This document shows positions 14,761-28,841 of a DNA stretch of 64,000 bases, piece by piece. Below the pieces are notes generated by a model. The model was not told the origin of the DNA. It saw only the letters and a list, made by a program, of their open reading frames with translations, and did not search any database. The DNA lies in NCBI GenBank assembly GCA_951406725.2, contig OX597816.1, positions 82,336,001-82,400,000 on the forward strand, read 5' to 3'. A program made the position numbers and the translations under genes. The first letter of the stretch is position 1. The number at the start of each line of letters is the position of its first letter. The DNA is from Octopus vulgaris (lineage: Eukaryota).

Positions 14761-15606
14761 GAAATAAATTAGGCAACTATGTTGCAGAATTTAAAGTAAA
14801 TTTAACAGCTGATCAATTAATATCAATACTTCTGTGAGAAAGAGCAGACCAATTAATGAATATGCAAGCTTCTGCTAGCAACAGCTGCTAGTGTGTAACA
14901 AAGAAGCACTAGATACTGATAGCAACATGGTTATCCACTGCATGAAACCAAATCCCTTCTATAGCTCAGTGTAAGTTTACTGAGCAAGAAACTCTAAGGC
15001 AGAAAAACTATCGTACATTGTATAAATTGGACAATGTGTTGGTGTATCACAGGCAACATAGCTGGAGTTTAGTAAGATAACAGGATAAACAAGATAAACT
15101 GGATCTAGAATCTACACAAGTACTTTGTTTTTCATTAAGTTTAGTACTGGAGTTATTTTTTATAGTTGAAAAGTAATCAAGCTGAAAGTAACGGTGACTG
15201 AGGCTAAAATATATGCCATAGCTGTTATCATAATAACTTCTATGATGAGTGACACTTCAATTCAGTTACACACAAGAGTGAAAATATTCATAGCTCTGGA
15301 GATGACCAACAGATTTACTTGTAATCAACCCTTGCAGCTCTTTAGGAAAAGTTGATTTTAATATTCTTGGTAAATACTTAAGAATGTGTATTGTAAATGT
15401 ATCAACAGTTACATTTTTTCAGATACTGAACTAGTAATTCTATTAAAACAGTAGCAGTGTAGCTAAAAAGTTCACTTCACCACTCTGTGATTTCAGGTTT
15501 GAGTAACATTTTCTCCTGTTCTTCAACCTAACTGATACCCTGTAAATGAAATTTGGGAGACAAAAACTATGATCTGTCTATAAATGATGAGGATTGTTGA
15601 GATATA

Positions 15607-15830
15607 TCATCATCATTTAATGTCTATCTTCTATGTGACATGGGTTGAATGGTTAGACAGGATCTAATGAGCCAGAAGAGTGCATCAAGCTCCAATATCT
15701 ACTTTGGCATGGTTTCTGCAGCTGGGTGCTCTTCCTAACACCAAACCCTCTACAGAGCATACTGGGTTCTTTTTTCATGGCACCTGCACTAGCAAAGTAG
15801 TAAGTAACTTGCAAGACAAGTCTCTTTGAC
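15607..15830 (-). mobile_element. Older RTE-family 3' terminal fragment
   Basis: catcatcatttaatgtc...ggcatggtttctgcagctgggtgctcttcctaacacc, a diverged version of the terminal domain. Confidence 0.7.
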
Positions 15831-15849
15831 CAAGTAGGGGGATACATGG

Positions 15850-16245
15850 GTGCAGGCATAAAAAAGTTTGCCTCCCAACTGCATAATCTTGGGTTCAGTC
15901 CAACAGTGTGGAACCATGAGCAAGTGTCTTTTGCTCTAGCACTGAGCTGACCAAAGAATTGTGAGTGGATTTGGTAGGTCGAAACTGAAAGATGCCCATC
16001 ATAGATGTGTGTTTCTGTCTGTGATTTTTTGTCTTGAAATTATATGCTAGATGTAAGCAAGCATCATACAAGTGGTGTCATTCATTTCTAGTCTTTCATG
16101 AAAACTTGTCTAGCCAAGGAGAAATATTACCTAACTTGGACACAGTTGAGAGCTGGCAACAGAAAGAGCATCCAGTTAAAAAAAACTTGCTTAAATGAAT
16201 TCCATCTGACACATGCAAGCATGGAAAGGTGGACATTAAAGTGAG
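15850..16245 (+). mobile_element. CORE-like SINE with RTE-like 3' stem-loop
   Basis: gggttcagtcc, gagcaagtgtctt and gtgagtggatttggtagg; ends catgcaagcatggaaaggtggacattaaa. Confidence 0.8.
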
Positions 16246-17023
16246 TGAGTGTTTATGTTTACAGGTGTTATCACAGAAAGTTTAGCTTGGTAATTCAATA
16301 AAATAACTGACTGAAATAAATACACTATAGGCTAAAAACCCTTAAAGTGGTCCCTCAACATGGTCACAGTTCATTGAGTGAAATCAGCAAAAAAGTAAAA
16401 ATAAGAGAACACCATTAAGCAAACATATTTCAAATGTACTTAGCCATCTTACTCAACAAACATCATACAAGATGAAAGTGCTACAGCATCATATTCTAAG
16501 CCAGAAGATATGATAAAATTTCTATTCTTAGGTGTCTTTGAAATGCCAAAACCTAATCAAACTCTGGAGTTGCAAAAAAATTCCTAGATGCTACTGAAGT
16601 GCCAAAACAAAGCATATTCTGAAGTAAGAGATAAACTGGGCAAAAATATCAAAAAACTTCAGTGATTTTATATAGTTCAACAATTTGGAACCAGCACTAG
16701 AAATGATGTTCATTCATTTAGTGCCAATTATTCTGCAGCTTAAATCCAGCCTGCCTTAATTGTTTATAATCTCACCTTGGGTTAATAAAGATAAAAACCA
16801 GTAATAATTTGGGAAATTTTCTTTGAAAGCAATCACTCAATTTAGAAAATATTGACAGCCTAATATTTGGAGATATATTTCAGGTGTAATGAGAAAGCTA
16901 GGCCATGGAAGATTGTAGCTAATTTAATATTCTATACAAGTTAGAAAAAATTAGCAATGAAAGACAGCTGCACCTAATGTAAATTTAAAGTTGGATTCAT
17001 TGACAAAACAAGTGTGTATGTGT

Positions 17024-17082
<59 letters not shown>

Positions 17083-18379
17083 GCAATAGACACAATTACA
17101 TAAAAGAAAACTTGGTGTCCTCAGCCTTTTAAAAACTTCCAGAGTTGGAAAGATGGTTGAGAATTAATTGAGGTAGAGTTCAATTTCAATTGTTGCAGTT
17201 ATTTTTAGCACCAGGTAGTTTTGACTGAGCAGATCTCGTGTCCGAAATTTTTGTTTATCTAAGACTACACTACCCAAAGTGACCCTCCCGTTTCAAGATG
17301 GCAAAGTGTGATTTGAGTATTTGGCTATATCTAGCAGATTAATTGTTACTAGCTGGAGAAAAATCTTGAGTAAGAAGGGATTTTAAAAAGAATACAGTTT
17401 TGGTAAATTATTGCATCACATGAGGCAAATAGACTACACCTCAGGAAAAAAAGCTATTTTTGTGAAAGTGTGAAATGAAAGCTTTGTACTACATTATATA
17501 TATATATATATATATATAATGTGCACAAAAGTAAGATGTGATTTCTAAATGGTTCGCAGATGTCTAGGGCTAATGTATTTCCTGGCTCAGATGAGATGAA
17601 GAAACCTTGGTCATATGCAACATTTGAGACTTTTTATTGCTTGGCTTCTCAAATTGCATTTACAAGAATATCTAGAGAGTAATTAACAGGTATTATTTCC
17701 AAGGTTATAACACAAGCACAGCTAAAGACGACAGATTCAAGAATATTAATATAAAGAGGAAACCCATCCTCTGTAGTATAGTCTTGGGTGTACAACACAT
17801 GTAGGCTCATAATAAGTCAGTAGAGATTATTACATCTGACATTTGTAGGGTACTTGAGATTTCAGTGCTGTTTGTGAGCAGATCTGCAGTTCAATCCCAC
17901 AGCATAGTGTTTTGTGATTTTGCAAAAGTGTCTTCTATGGCCTCAGCTTTGTGAGGAGCCATTCTTGTTATCGGACAATGGGCTCAACCTATTGCTTGGT
18001 TTAACACCACCTACTGGTCTTTGGGCACTTCTAAAAAAATCCACAAAGCCAACATACAAATTAATCACCTGCCTGAAGATAACTTCCATCAATTACAGAG
18101 ACCCTGAAAAGAGTCATAGGTATTGCCCTTCTTACTGTAAGTTTCAGAGAGAGAGAGAGAGAGAGAGAGATAATTATGTTGTGGATTTACCTCTTTCAAA
18201 TACATAATGTCTATGTTGCAGAATAAATTTACAAATTGTAAAATCATCAAGTATATTTTGAAGTTCTCTAATGAATAGTCTATAGTAGCTATAAGAGCAA
18301 GAGAATGATAACTAGCAAAGTCAATGAGATGAATGCTGAGATGGTGTTAGTTGGAGGATACTATTAGACAGAAACCAAA

Positions 18380-19677
18380 TTCACAGGAGGGCAAAAAAAA
18401 GAGATCTATCAGAAGATTTGTTTACATATGTATGACCAAGTCAGTAAGTAGCAGGGGTGGATGCTCTGAAAGAGTAGCTGCTAGAATAAGAATAGCCTGG
18501 GCCAAGTTCAGAGAGCGCCTACCTCTGCTGGTAACAAAGGGCCTCTCACTCAGAATGAAAGGTAAACTGTATGACACATGAGCAAACTGCCATGTTACAT
18601 GGCAATGAAACTGGAGCTGTGACTGCTGAGAACATGCGTAAGCTTGCAAGAAAGGAAGCTAGTATACTCCATTGGATTTGTAATGTCTGTGCATATATGA
18701 CAGAGTGAAAGTGCCCTGAAAGAAAAGTTAGACATAAGAAGCATCAGGTGTGGTGTGCAAGATAGAGAACTGCACTGGTATGGTCATATGTTGGATATGG
18801 ATGAAGACAGCTGTGTGAAAAAGTGTCATACCCTAACAGCAGAGGGAACCTGTGGAAGAGGTAGACCTGGGATGAGGTAGTGAAGCACAACCTTCAAACA
18901 TTGGGCCTCACAGAAGTAATGATAAGTGACTGAGACCTTTGGAGATATGCTGTGCTCGAGAAGATCTGGCAAGTCAAGTGAGACTGTAACCATGGCTTAT
19001 GCCAGTGTCGCATAACTGGCCCATTTAAGAATACCTTTCAACCATTAGGCAATATACTGTGCTTGAGTAATCATGTTGAGTCAAGTGAAATCATTGTCAT
19101 AGCCGATGCCAGTACTGCCTGACTGGCACCTGTGCCAGTGGCATATAAAAAGTACCATTCGAGTGTGGTCAATGCCAGTCCCGCCAGACTGGCTCCAATG
19201 CCAGTGGCACATAAAAAGCACCATACAAATATGCTTGATACCAGTGCTGTGTGACTGGTACCATGCCAATGCATGTAAAAAGCACCATTTGAATGCGGTT
19301 GTTACCAGTTCCCTGACTGGCTCCCATGACACATGGACACATAAAAGCACCATTTGAGCATGGTCATTGCCATTTCCGCCTGACTGGCTCTCATGCCGGT
19401 GACACGTAAAAAGCACCATTCAAGAGTGGTCAATGCCAGTATCGCGTGACAAGCCCTCGTGCTGGTGACACGTAAAAAGCATAATCCAAATGTGGCCATA
19501 AAAAGCACCATCCAAACATGTAAAAATCACCCACTACACTTTTGGAGTGGTCGGCATTAGGCAGGGCATCCAGCTGTAGAAACCTTGCCAGATCAGACTG
19601 GAGCCTGGTGCAGTCCTCAGTCAAACCGTCAACTCATGCCAGCATGTAAAGTGGATGTTAAACAATGATGATGATGT
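18380..19677 (+). mobile_element. Decayed RTE LINE 3' fragment with about 8 degenerate ~60-bp UTR units
   Basis: GGCSERVAARIRIAWAKFRERLPLLVTKGLSLRMKGKLYD matches the 47070-47732 ORF. Repeated gcacataaaaagcacc units occur at 19100-19530, and the copy ends gttaaacaatgatgatgatg. Confidence 0.92.
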
Positions 19678-19781
19678 ATGTAATGTTCAGTTGGATGCAA
19701 AGCCAGATTTGGAGTTTACATGCAATTGAACATTGCAGGGTAGAGTATGTGTGTGTAACCCTGTTTGTAAACTATAACTTG

Positions 19782-19825
<44 letters not shown>

Positions 19826-20899
19826 GCTAAGAGACCAGAATATACAACTGCAATTGGGAAAATCATTGAATAGAGTTTCAAAATGAAGTAAATGTTGGTG
19901 ATTCTCTTGCAAATTATGCTTGTGAAGAAAACTTATTTGACAACACTGGGGTATTTTCTCCAGCTGTTGAAGGCTGTTATTCATTTATTTATTTTTTTGT
20001 TCATATTTTAATGTCATAGCCTATTTTGAAGGTTATATAATTGTGGGTCATAGAGGAACATTACTCAGAGGGATGTTTTTGTCATTCATTCAACAGACAT
20101 GGTGAAGTAATTATTGGTAATCATCAGAGTTAGATCCAATTAATTAGCTTGCTTGAATGAATGAAAACTGATGTTGTGGTTGCTGAGTATGGTTACATAT
20201 AGTGACACAGTAGAGATCAAAGCTTTGCATGTATTAAAATAGGGGTTAGTAAAAGACATAAATGTAATGTGTAGTAGATGTAGAGTATTTTGAATAAGAA
20301 AAATTTCATTTTCTGCACTACTGGGTTAATGTTAGTGAGGTGGGTAGGTGAAAAAGAAATCTGAAAGTTGAAGTCCGTGGAAACAAGGATTTCAGTGAGA
20401 GGAAAGCTGTGATGAATGATCCTCATGTAGGAAAAGTGGTCAAACTAAATGCTGGTAATAGGATGAGTTTGAAGAGTGATAAAAGAAGAAGGTGCTTTTG
20501 AAGTATTGTAGGGGTTAAGTGAAATAAAAAACCCAGCTGGAGTAACTGAAAGTATTTGTTGCTGATGCCAAAATTATTTGAATTCATTGATTATAGCTGT
20601 AAAACGATGCTTTAGGTCAGTACAAATGGAAGTATCTTGTGTGAGCCCAAACTATAGATTAAAATATCTTATTCTCATTTCGATAATTAACTCAAAGAAA
20701 AAAATTGTGAGGGAGATGTTGAAACAAATGCTAAGATAAATGGTCAAGTTAATTGAGAGGTGATTTAAGTTACCAATCCAAATAACTATAGTAAAAAAGA
20801 TAAACAATGAAACAAAATATCAGATTATTTAAGATCTGTATTACTCCACAAGGCAATGACAAAATTCATGAATAGTGATAATTGTGGTCAGTCAAATCA

Positions 20900-22050
20900 G
20901 TTTTCAAGGAAACCAAACAAAATAAATTGAATTTCTGACAACTAATGCTTTGGGATGAAAATATCACCTGCATCATCATAATCAGTCAAATAACCATATT
21001 TCTATGATGCCAGTGATTGGAAAGGACTGAACACTAGTACATTTCCATCAATACAATGATAACTGTAAAATCTAATTTTTAAGGATTTGGTTGGATTAGC
21101 TAGTTTCAAGCTATTCTAAAGCACATTTTTTTAATGTATTTATTGGAATGGTCAAAACTGAAGGCCCTTTAAGAAGGGTGAAATTGATGCATTTAACATT
21201 CCAATGGTTGCAAGAAAAACAAGGCAAAAATAGAATTCCAGAGTTCAAAATCTGAGAGAAAGACCAAACGTGGTAGTTAGTTGGGTGAAAATGCAGCATA
21301 GGTGATGAAAAGAGGAGACAAGTGAGTCTAAAGTGGTTGAGAAGAGTGACACAAAGCCAACCAGCTCCAAGAAGCAGAGGCCACTGTAGAGGTGATAGAA
21401 AAGTGAAGGAGAGGAGCCAGAGGCTGGAATGTGTTGGTGAGTAACTTTACGGCAATCAATCAGATTACCTTTCTCTAGATGTAGTATTAAGATGTCAGTC
21501 CGTGTAACAATAGTATTATCCCAAATGTAGGATCAGTATTCCATTATAGGTTTGTGATAGTATCAAGAAAATGAAATAGATAGGCAACAGTATGATAGTG
21601 ATTCAGACCAAATTGGTCATTTCAAATATGAATAATGTCATCATTTTAGGAAAAATACTAGCAGACAGTTTGAGTGTTGAAGTTGTTTGCATGCTAACTA
21701 GAAAGTAATCTAAACAAATTAGAAAAACTGTACATTTTGTCAAGAACAATATACCATAACATTTGATGGTACATTTAAAGCAAAACTTAACGATTTGGTT
21801 GCAGTTCTTGCACTGAACTGGAAGTAGTTTATAGCTGAATGACTTGATAAAAAACAAATATCAAATTGAATGAGAGAAGTTGGAGCCCATAAAATGGGTC
21901 AAGAAACTGTGATGCCAATGCAATTTCTCTACAAGTTGTTTGTTAATAGTGGAGTAAGTATGACAGGCAAACTCAAGAGATGTTTCACAATGATGCAATG
22001 GGGTTGAAACTCTGGAAGATATCTTATTGGCTTAATGGTTACATGTTTCT
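20900..22050 (-). mobile_element. Old CR1/Jockey-like LINE 3' remnant; related piece at ~42830-43200
   Basis: The block ccagctccaagaagcagag(g/a)cca(c/t)tgtag is shared at 21361 and 43048 and reads LFYHLYSGLCFLEL-like, typical of LINE ORF2 C-termini. Confidence 0.5.
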
Positions 22051-23676
22051 AAAGTGGTGAATTATTAGTTCATTCAGTGAGTTATCAGTTAAGCAATTAG
22101 ACATAACTATAACTACTACCACTTTCCACTCCATTGGCTTGAAGTTTCAAAACAATGTAAGGAATGAAATTTAAATTCAAAGTAATCGAAGTATGCACTG
22201 AGTATTCTTGTATATGATTAAATAATAAATTTACTTAAGTCTGGTATCGAATAAACAAAAAACAAAACTGAAATGTTAAAATTTCTCCAGTGAGACAGAG
22301 ATTGAAAACCAAAGATAAACAAAGGACTGAATCTGAGAAAAGAAATATTACCAAAATCCATTTTGATTGACAACTTAGAAGAACAAACTCACAAAAGTTA
22401 TATAACTCAATGCACTTCAAAAGATTTTAAACAACTGTAAGTTACCAGTAGCTAAAATTACAGTTTAAAATGTTAGCTATTCAGAAAAATCAAATCAAGT
22501 TTCAACTGATAATAAAGAAGTGCAATGCAGCCTGAATTATGATAATAATGAATGTAAAAGATCAACAGAAACTACACTGGATAAATAAAAGAGAACAACC
22601 AATTCTTCACAAGTACAGAAGAGAATAGTGAGTGAAGGAGAGAGTAATAACATCTTGCAAAATACATAAAGGTGATATTCACAACTAACAGGGTTTGAGT
22701 AGGAGTGGGTAGTTTTACTGCTTACTCAACCTGAAAATTATTTATCTGACTAGAAATATAAGGAAACCAGAATCAAAGAAGACAACAAGTGTAAGATAAA
22801 TGATTTTCATAGAGTTTCCATCAAGTGAAAGGTCTTAGAATTTGTTGGAAATAAGAATGACAGCAATTATTATTCAGATATTAATACATAACAAAAGCAA
22901 AAGCTGTATGAAACTAAAGTTTTATTTTCTGCTCTATGTAGTTTTTAGTAATGAAATAACACTAGGTTTTTATATTTGTGCCAGTTAACTGAAAAACCAA
23001 ATTCTTATTTTAAACAGATGCACAAAACAACAAATTAGTTCTAAAATGAGTATTTATCTGTAACTAAGAGTCAAATCAAATGATTACCAACTCTAAAGTT
23101 TGGAGTGAGAAAGAAATGATTGTGAATAATCCTTCGATTTTCCCCTAGGGAAGAAACAGTAGAAACACAGGCTGTTCTCAAAATATATCATTTCATCTGA
23201 ATGCCTCTTCACCATATACAGATGCTGATGTATTAATATAATTCTTGGTATTCAAAGATTTCTAAATTGTATATATTTCTTTGTTTTGCTTGGGAATCAA
23301 TTATTTAAATAATATGAATAAAATATAAATCTTAAAATACTGTTACACCACAATGCATCTTTTGATTAGTATTTCAAGCAAAAAAAAATGGTTATATAAT
23401 TTTCACCAGAGAACTGTTTGTTCTGTAAAACTCCAAATATATTCCCAGGCAAGCCATTTTAACACAGAAGAACGACTGACTGCATCATCCCAACACCAAA
23501 ATGATATGTCTACTACATATATGTATAATTTAAAATTCCCTATTTGTTCTGTTTAACTCAAATACCTTTAATTTTCTGTTTACCACATTATAAGGGTTCA
23601 TATAACTCACATTAACTGTTAACAATATTTCACAAATATCAAATAAAATGGCTGATTAGAACAAATTCCAAGGCAA

Positions 23677-24776
23677 AACTAGAAAAGCACTCGGAGAGCA
23701 TAGACCTCCACCAAGCAACTCATTTCCACCCATATACACGCAGGCTGAAAATTGCCCAATTTCCCAAACCAACGCCGCCAAAAACATAACCTCATCATCA
23801 TCATCATCATCATCGTTTAACGTCCATTCTCCATGCTAGCATGGGTTGGACGGTTCGGCCGGGGATCTGGGAAGCCAGAAGGCTGCACCAGGCTCCAGTC
23901 TTATCTGACAATGTTTCTACAGCTGGATGCCCTTCCTAACGCCAACCACTCCGTGAGTGTAGTGGGTGCTTTTTACGTACCACCCGCACAGGTGTCAGGC
24001 GAGGCTGGCATCGGCCACGGTCGGATTGGTGCATTTTACATGCCACCGGCACGGAAGCCAGTCGAGGCGGCACTGGCTTCAGCCACGATTCGGATGGTGC
24101 TTTTTATGTGCCACCGGCACGGAAGCCAGCCGAGGCGGCGCTGTGGAGGTAAAAAAAAAAAGTAACAGCCATATGATTTTTTTTTTTTTTTAAACCCTAA
24201 CCATACTAAACCTAACTAAACCTACCTATCTACTTTACATCCCTCTGTGGTCAGTATAGTATCAGTCATCCCTGAAGAGTCTAGCCTCAGCTGTTGCTAT
24301 CACTGCCTCCTCCTTCTCCTCCTCCTCTGCTGCTGCTTTTATCAACCCTTGAATATGTGTCATTTAATTTCTGAACTGTTTTGCTGCCGTTTGTTTATGT
24401 AGTTTGATCCTTTTATCTAGTTTCTAGTAAGATAGACATGTGAATAAAATTACTAACAGAGAAACGAAAATAAGATTTTGGAAACAGCAATGCCACCATA
24501 GGTTACGTGAAAACCATGAATGTATTTCAAGGGAGATAATCAGAGAAAGATTCAAACAATGTAACATTGTAATACTTCATGTAAAGTAAATATAACAAAT
24601 GAAAAATCCTTCAAGAATCCATAAAAATTTCTGGATCACTACAAAAGTTTTCTCATCTGTTCCTTGTAAGTTTCATCGAATACTGTTCACAACTTTTTGA
24701 GTTATTTTGCCCACAGACGGACAGATGGACAAACCAACACCGATGAAAACATACCTCCTTCCTTGGCAGAGGTAAT
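23677..24776 (-). mobile_element. HINE-like element(s) on the minus strand, interrupted by an RTE tail
   Basis: aactagaaaagcactcggagagcatagacctccaccaag (3' end) at 23677, aaaacataacctc...ggaggtaa flanking the RTE insert, and a second 5' end aaaacatacctccttccttggcagaggtaat at ~24745-24776. Confidence 0.65.
23793..24143 (-). mobile_element. RTE 3' UTR-only insertion nested in a Helentron-type element
   Basis: (CAT)n at 23793, then gtttaacgtcc...ctggatgcccttcctaacgccaaccac and three UTR units. Confidence 0.9.
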
Positions 24777-25302
24777 TAGTGCTACTCTATATAACAATAG
24801 CTGATACAAATGTTGGTTGGGTGATCTCACCAGTCACACTTTACTTTACAGAGAGACAGGGAGAGAGAGTAGAAAAGCGATATAGAGATAATAAACTTAA
24901 GTGCAGGATGAGTGCACATGTTAGGCTTGATGGCAGGCAAGGAGTAAAAAACTGCTACAGACACAGATAGTGAGAAAGAAAGAAACATGAAAACAGAGGA
25001 GAAAGAATGACACAGTAGTTATGAGAAGAGTTATAAAAAATTAGAAATTTGTTGTATTAAATTTTAAGGTAATAATTTTTTATAAAAGTTGGATTACAAT
25101 TTTTGTATGTATACCTATTGCTCATACTATTCTACAATGGTGAAAAGTTACATCTCAGACCAGCCGAAAACAGTAGTCAAATCTCAGCCAGCCAGAAACA
25201 GCAGTCAAATCTTGCTCAGATCACACCCTACCATTTTAAAAAGGGAAAGACACATAGGACACATATCTAGATATACAATAGGATAGTATGTTTTTTTTGT
25301 TT

Positions 25303-25427
25303 TTTACTTGTTTCAGTCATTTGACTGCAGCCATGCTGGAGCACAGCCTTTAGTCGAGCAAATCGATCCTGGGACTTATTCTTTGTAAGCCTAGTACTTA
25401 TTCTATCGGTCTCTTTTGCCGAACCGC
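25303..25427 (-). mobile_element. SINE/LINE 3' tail fragment (non-RTE tail type)
   Basis: ttacttgtttcagtcatttgactgcagccatgctggagcac and tacttattctatcggtctcttttgccgaaccgcta are near-identical to 30381-30468. Confidence 0.8.
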
Positions 25428-25553
25428 TATGGTCACAACTGGAATACCTTTGATCATAGGTCTGTTCACATAAGGTCTGCAGTGAAAAAGCAACTTAAAG
25501 CCATTGAGCCTTACAGGCACTACTGAAGACTGTTTAGAAAGGAATAAGCATAA

Positions 25554-25660
25554 TACAGTGTACCCCAACTTATGTGCGGTTTGGTATTTGCCGTCCCAGT
25601 TATTTGCGGGTCCTATAACTGCTCGCGGAAACCACCGCATATTCGCAGAATTGTAAATAC
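25554..25660 (+). mobile_element. Possible pogo/Tigger-type terminal fragment
   Basis: TA-cagtgtaccccaacttatgtgcggttt resembles Tigger/pogo TIRs. No partner end was found. Confidence 0.4.
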
Positions 25661-27419
25661 TAGAATTCTTTGTATTCCAATGATCTTTGGAGATATCACC
25701 AGCAAATCAAATGATAACAAACTTTTATGTTCATTTGGTGAAAGCACATTCCTCTATTTACTCCAGTCAGCTTGGCTGACAACAGACCTAAGTATGACAT
25801 CAGAGTTGTGTTAGCAATAGGATGGTAAATAGGATGGCATTAATACCCAGTCATAAATGTACTTAAGCTGATTGATTTTTGAAAATTTGCAACTACTTAT
25901 GTATTGAGAAACAAATATATCTAAAATTTAGATAACATTAAACTGTATTCATTCCCATTCAATGGGGTTTAATTAAATATTGTAGATTAGTGTGCTAAAA
26001 CCTACCATGTTCCTGTATAGGAGTGTTAGTTCAATATCATCATAGGGAAATGTAGATAATGTATATAAAATGAAGGAAAGGAGCCCAGAAGAAACATAGT
26101 ATAAATAAATATTTAGATGGCAGAGTTAGTCATACAATATATACTATCACAGAAATTTGGAAATATAATGTATGAATTTATAATGTGAAGCTGGATTGTT
26201 TTGAAATTCAAAACTGGAGTTATGCTTTATTCGTAAATATTATCAATTATTTTTTCAGTTGTATTGGGTTCCTTCTATGATTATATAAAGAACTAATTTT
26301 TTTAAAATTATTCTTTACACATGTTAATCTAACTATATAAGTTACACTGAAATCAAACAGCATAAAATATGGTATGTTTATGATAAAATTCCAAATTAAA
26401 AGACAAGAAAAAAAAGGTGGCTAGTTTTTTTACTGATATCAAGAAGCTAACTTTACTTGTGGAGAGAGAGAGAGAGAGTGTGTGTGTGTGTGTGTCATGC
26501 ATGTGTATTGATAAAGGTGTTTCTAAACTGCTAACACAATTCATCCATTCATATCTAATACACAAAGCTAACGCATAAAACATGGAGCTGAAATATAGAT
26601 GTTCATGTTTGGCAAAGTACCACATAGCAGCAATCAGAGAAGAAAAATCAATAACTAGGTTATATTATTCCCACTTTTACTAAGTAAATTCAGTGCATTC
26701 AAACGAGTGCACTTGGAACGTGAATGAGAAACTTCCAGTTTTAGATTTCATATGTGAATGAAACAGGAGGATGGGGGTGGAAGGGGAGATAATAAATAAA
26801 TAATACATAAGAGGCCATCAAGAAATTGGTTGGTTGCTCATTTATACATAAACTATTTTGAGTAAAAGAAATAGCTTGGAATAAGGTTACTCTATCTATC
26901 AAGATAGTGATTATTACAAATAATATACAGATAATATAAGAGCTAAAGATATATTACCAAGAAAGTTAATGTTTGGCTAAAGATGAGAAGAAAGAAAAAA
27001 ACACTACCTCATCCACCACTGACAATCTTATATTTATATCACAATAAATTCCAAGCAACTCCAGTTGGTTGTAAGTAATACACAACTTTTTTTTTTTTTT
27101 TGTCAGAAGTCAACAAACAAATCATTAATGATTTCTACATAACCAATATAAAGCCTCAAATTTAGCACAGAAGTAATGGAAGCTTTGACATCCTTTCAAA
27201 CTGAAGCAATGCTGACTTATTATCCCACCCCTGCCTTCTCACTTAATAATGACTTTTTACATAGACATGAAATATAATTTTGAAGGTGTAAACAAAATCA
27301 CAATGTTTATATCACTAACAAAGTCAATGATTAGAGACATAAATGGAGAGGAATGATTCCAAATAAGATTCTAGATTCAGTTTACTAAAACTACCTTTGT
27401 ATAGTAATTATTATTATAA

Positions 27420-27700
27420 AAGCAGTAAGCTGGCAGAATTGTTAGCATGCCAGACAAAATGCTTAGCAGCATTTCTTCTGGCTTTATGTTCCAAGTTCAA
27501 GATTCTGTGAGATTTACTCTGCCTTTCATCCTTTCAGGAACAATAAAGGTATATGCCAGCCAAGCTAGTTGATTACATTGATTTGCTCCTCCTCCAAAAT
27601 TTCAGGCCTTGTGCCAAAGTTGAAAGAATTATTATTATTAAAATAAGCAATCTCACAGAATCGCTAGCATTCCAGACAAAATGCTTAGCTGCACTATTAA
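27420..27700 (+). mobile_element. (TTA)-tailed SINE followed by the start of a second copy
   Basis: agctggcagaattgttagcatgccagacaaaatgcttagc...gcctttcatcctttc...ggccttgtgcc...attattatt. Further copies lie near 14035, 28320, 32850, 37005(-) and 56030. Confidence 0.75.
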
Positions 27701-27777
27701 TAGAGCAAGAATTGATGAAACAGTATAAAGCTGGACGAAATGCCATGAAAGTTTTTGGTTTGGTCTTTTGCTTTTGC

Positions 27778-28168
27778 CATCATCACTTCAATGTCCACTT
27801 TTCTATGCTTGCATTGGTTGGATGGAGTTCAGAGACATATTGTCTGTAACTGGATGCCCTTCCTGTCCTCAATTCCCAAATGTTTCCAAACAAAGTAATA
27901 TTTCTCCATAATCAGACATGTTCTCACAGGACACTGGAAATGAATGACACTTTGTGTGATTGACATTCATTTACAATTATCACAATGTCAAGACAAGAAC
28001 ACACACACATATACAACAGGCTTCTTTCAGGTTCTTTACACCAATTTTACTCACAAGGCTTTGGTTGGCCTGGAGCTATAGTAGAAGACACTTGTCCAAG
28101 ATGTCATGCAGTAGACTGAAAATGAAAACATGGTTGGGAAGCAAACTTCTTAACCACACAGCTATGTC
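27778..28168 (-). mobile_element. CORE-like SINE with RTE-like tail
   Basis: Reverse complement of the same family, from catcatcacttcaatgtccacttttctatgcttgcat to ttaaccacacagc. Confidence 0.8.
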
Positions 28169-28485
28169 TATGTATTTTGAGTTCAAATCTTGATGGGATT
28201 TACTTTACCTTTATATCTTTCCAAGGCCTATAAAATGAAATGCAAATCATATAATAGAAATAATTTAATTGATTGTACTCCTCTTTCAATATGTTAACTC
28301 CCTGCTAAGTTAAATTATTGAATTCAAATCTTGCCAAGTCAACTTTGCCTTTCACCCCTCCTGGGTCAATACAATAAAGTAGCAATCAAGGACTGGAGTT
28401 GATTAAATCAACTAACGTCTCTTCCTCTAAAATTGCAAGCCTTGTGCCTAAATTGAAAACATTATTGTAAATTATTTTATAACCA

Positions 28486-28841
28486 GTATAGCTGTGTGGT
28501 TATAAAGCTTACTTCCCAACCATGTCGTTTCAGGTTCAGCCCCATTGCATGGAACCTTGGGCAAGTGTCTCCTATTATAGTCCCAGGCCACAAAAGCTTT
28601 GTGAGTGGATTTAGCAGATGGAACCTGAAGAAGCCTCGTGTGTGTGAACATGCATGCATTTGACATGTGGTGGGTGTAAACAAGCACCACCGTCATATAA
28701 GTAATGTTGTTCATTTCCAGTCTTCTGTGAAAAACGTTGAGTGATTGGAAAAGAAGAGCTTCAAACCACAGAAAATCAACCTCAAGGAATTCTTTCTGAC
28801 GCATACAAGTATAGAAAAGTGGTCATCAGAATGATGATGAT
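28486..28841 (+). mobile_element. CORE-like SINE with RTE-like (GAT)n tail
   Basis: tagctgtgtggtt, ggttcagcccc and ccttgggcaagtgtct; ends gaaaagtggtcatcagaatgatgatgat. Confidence 0.82.
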
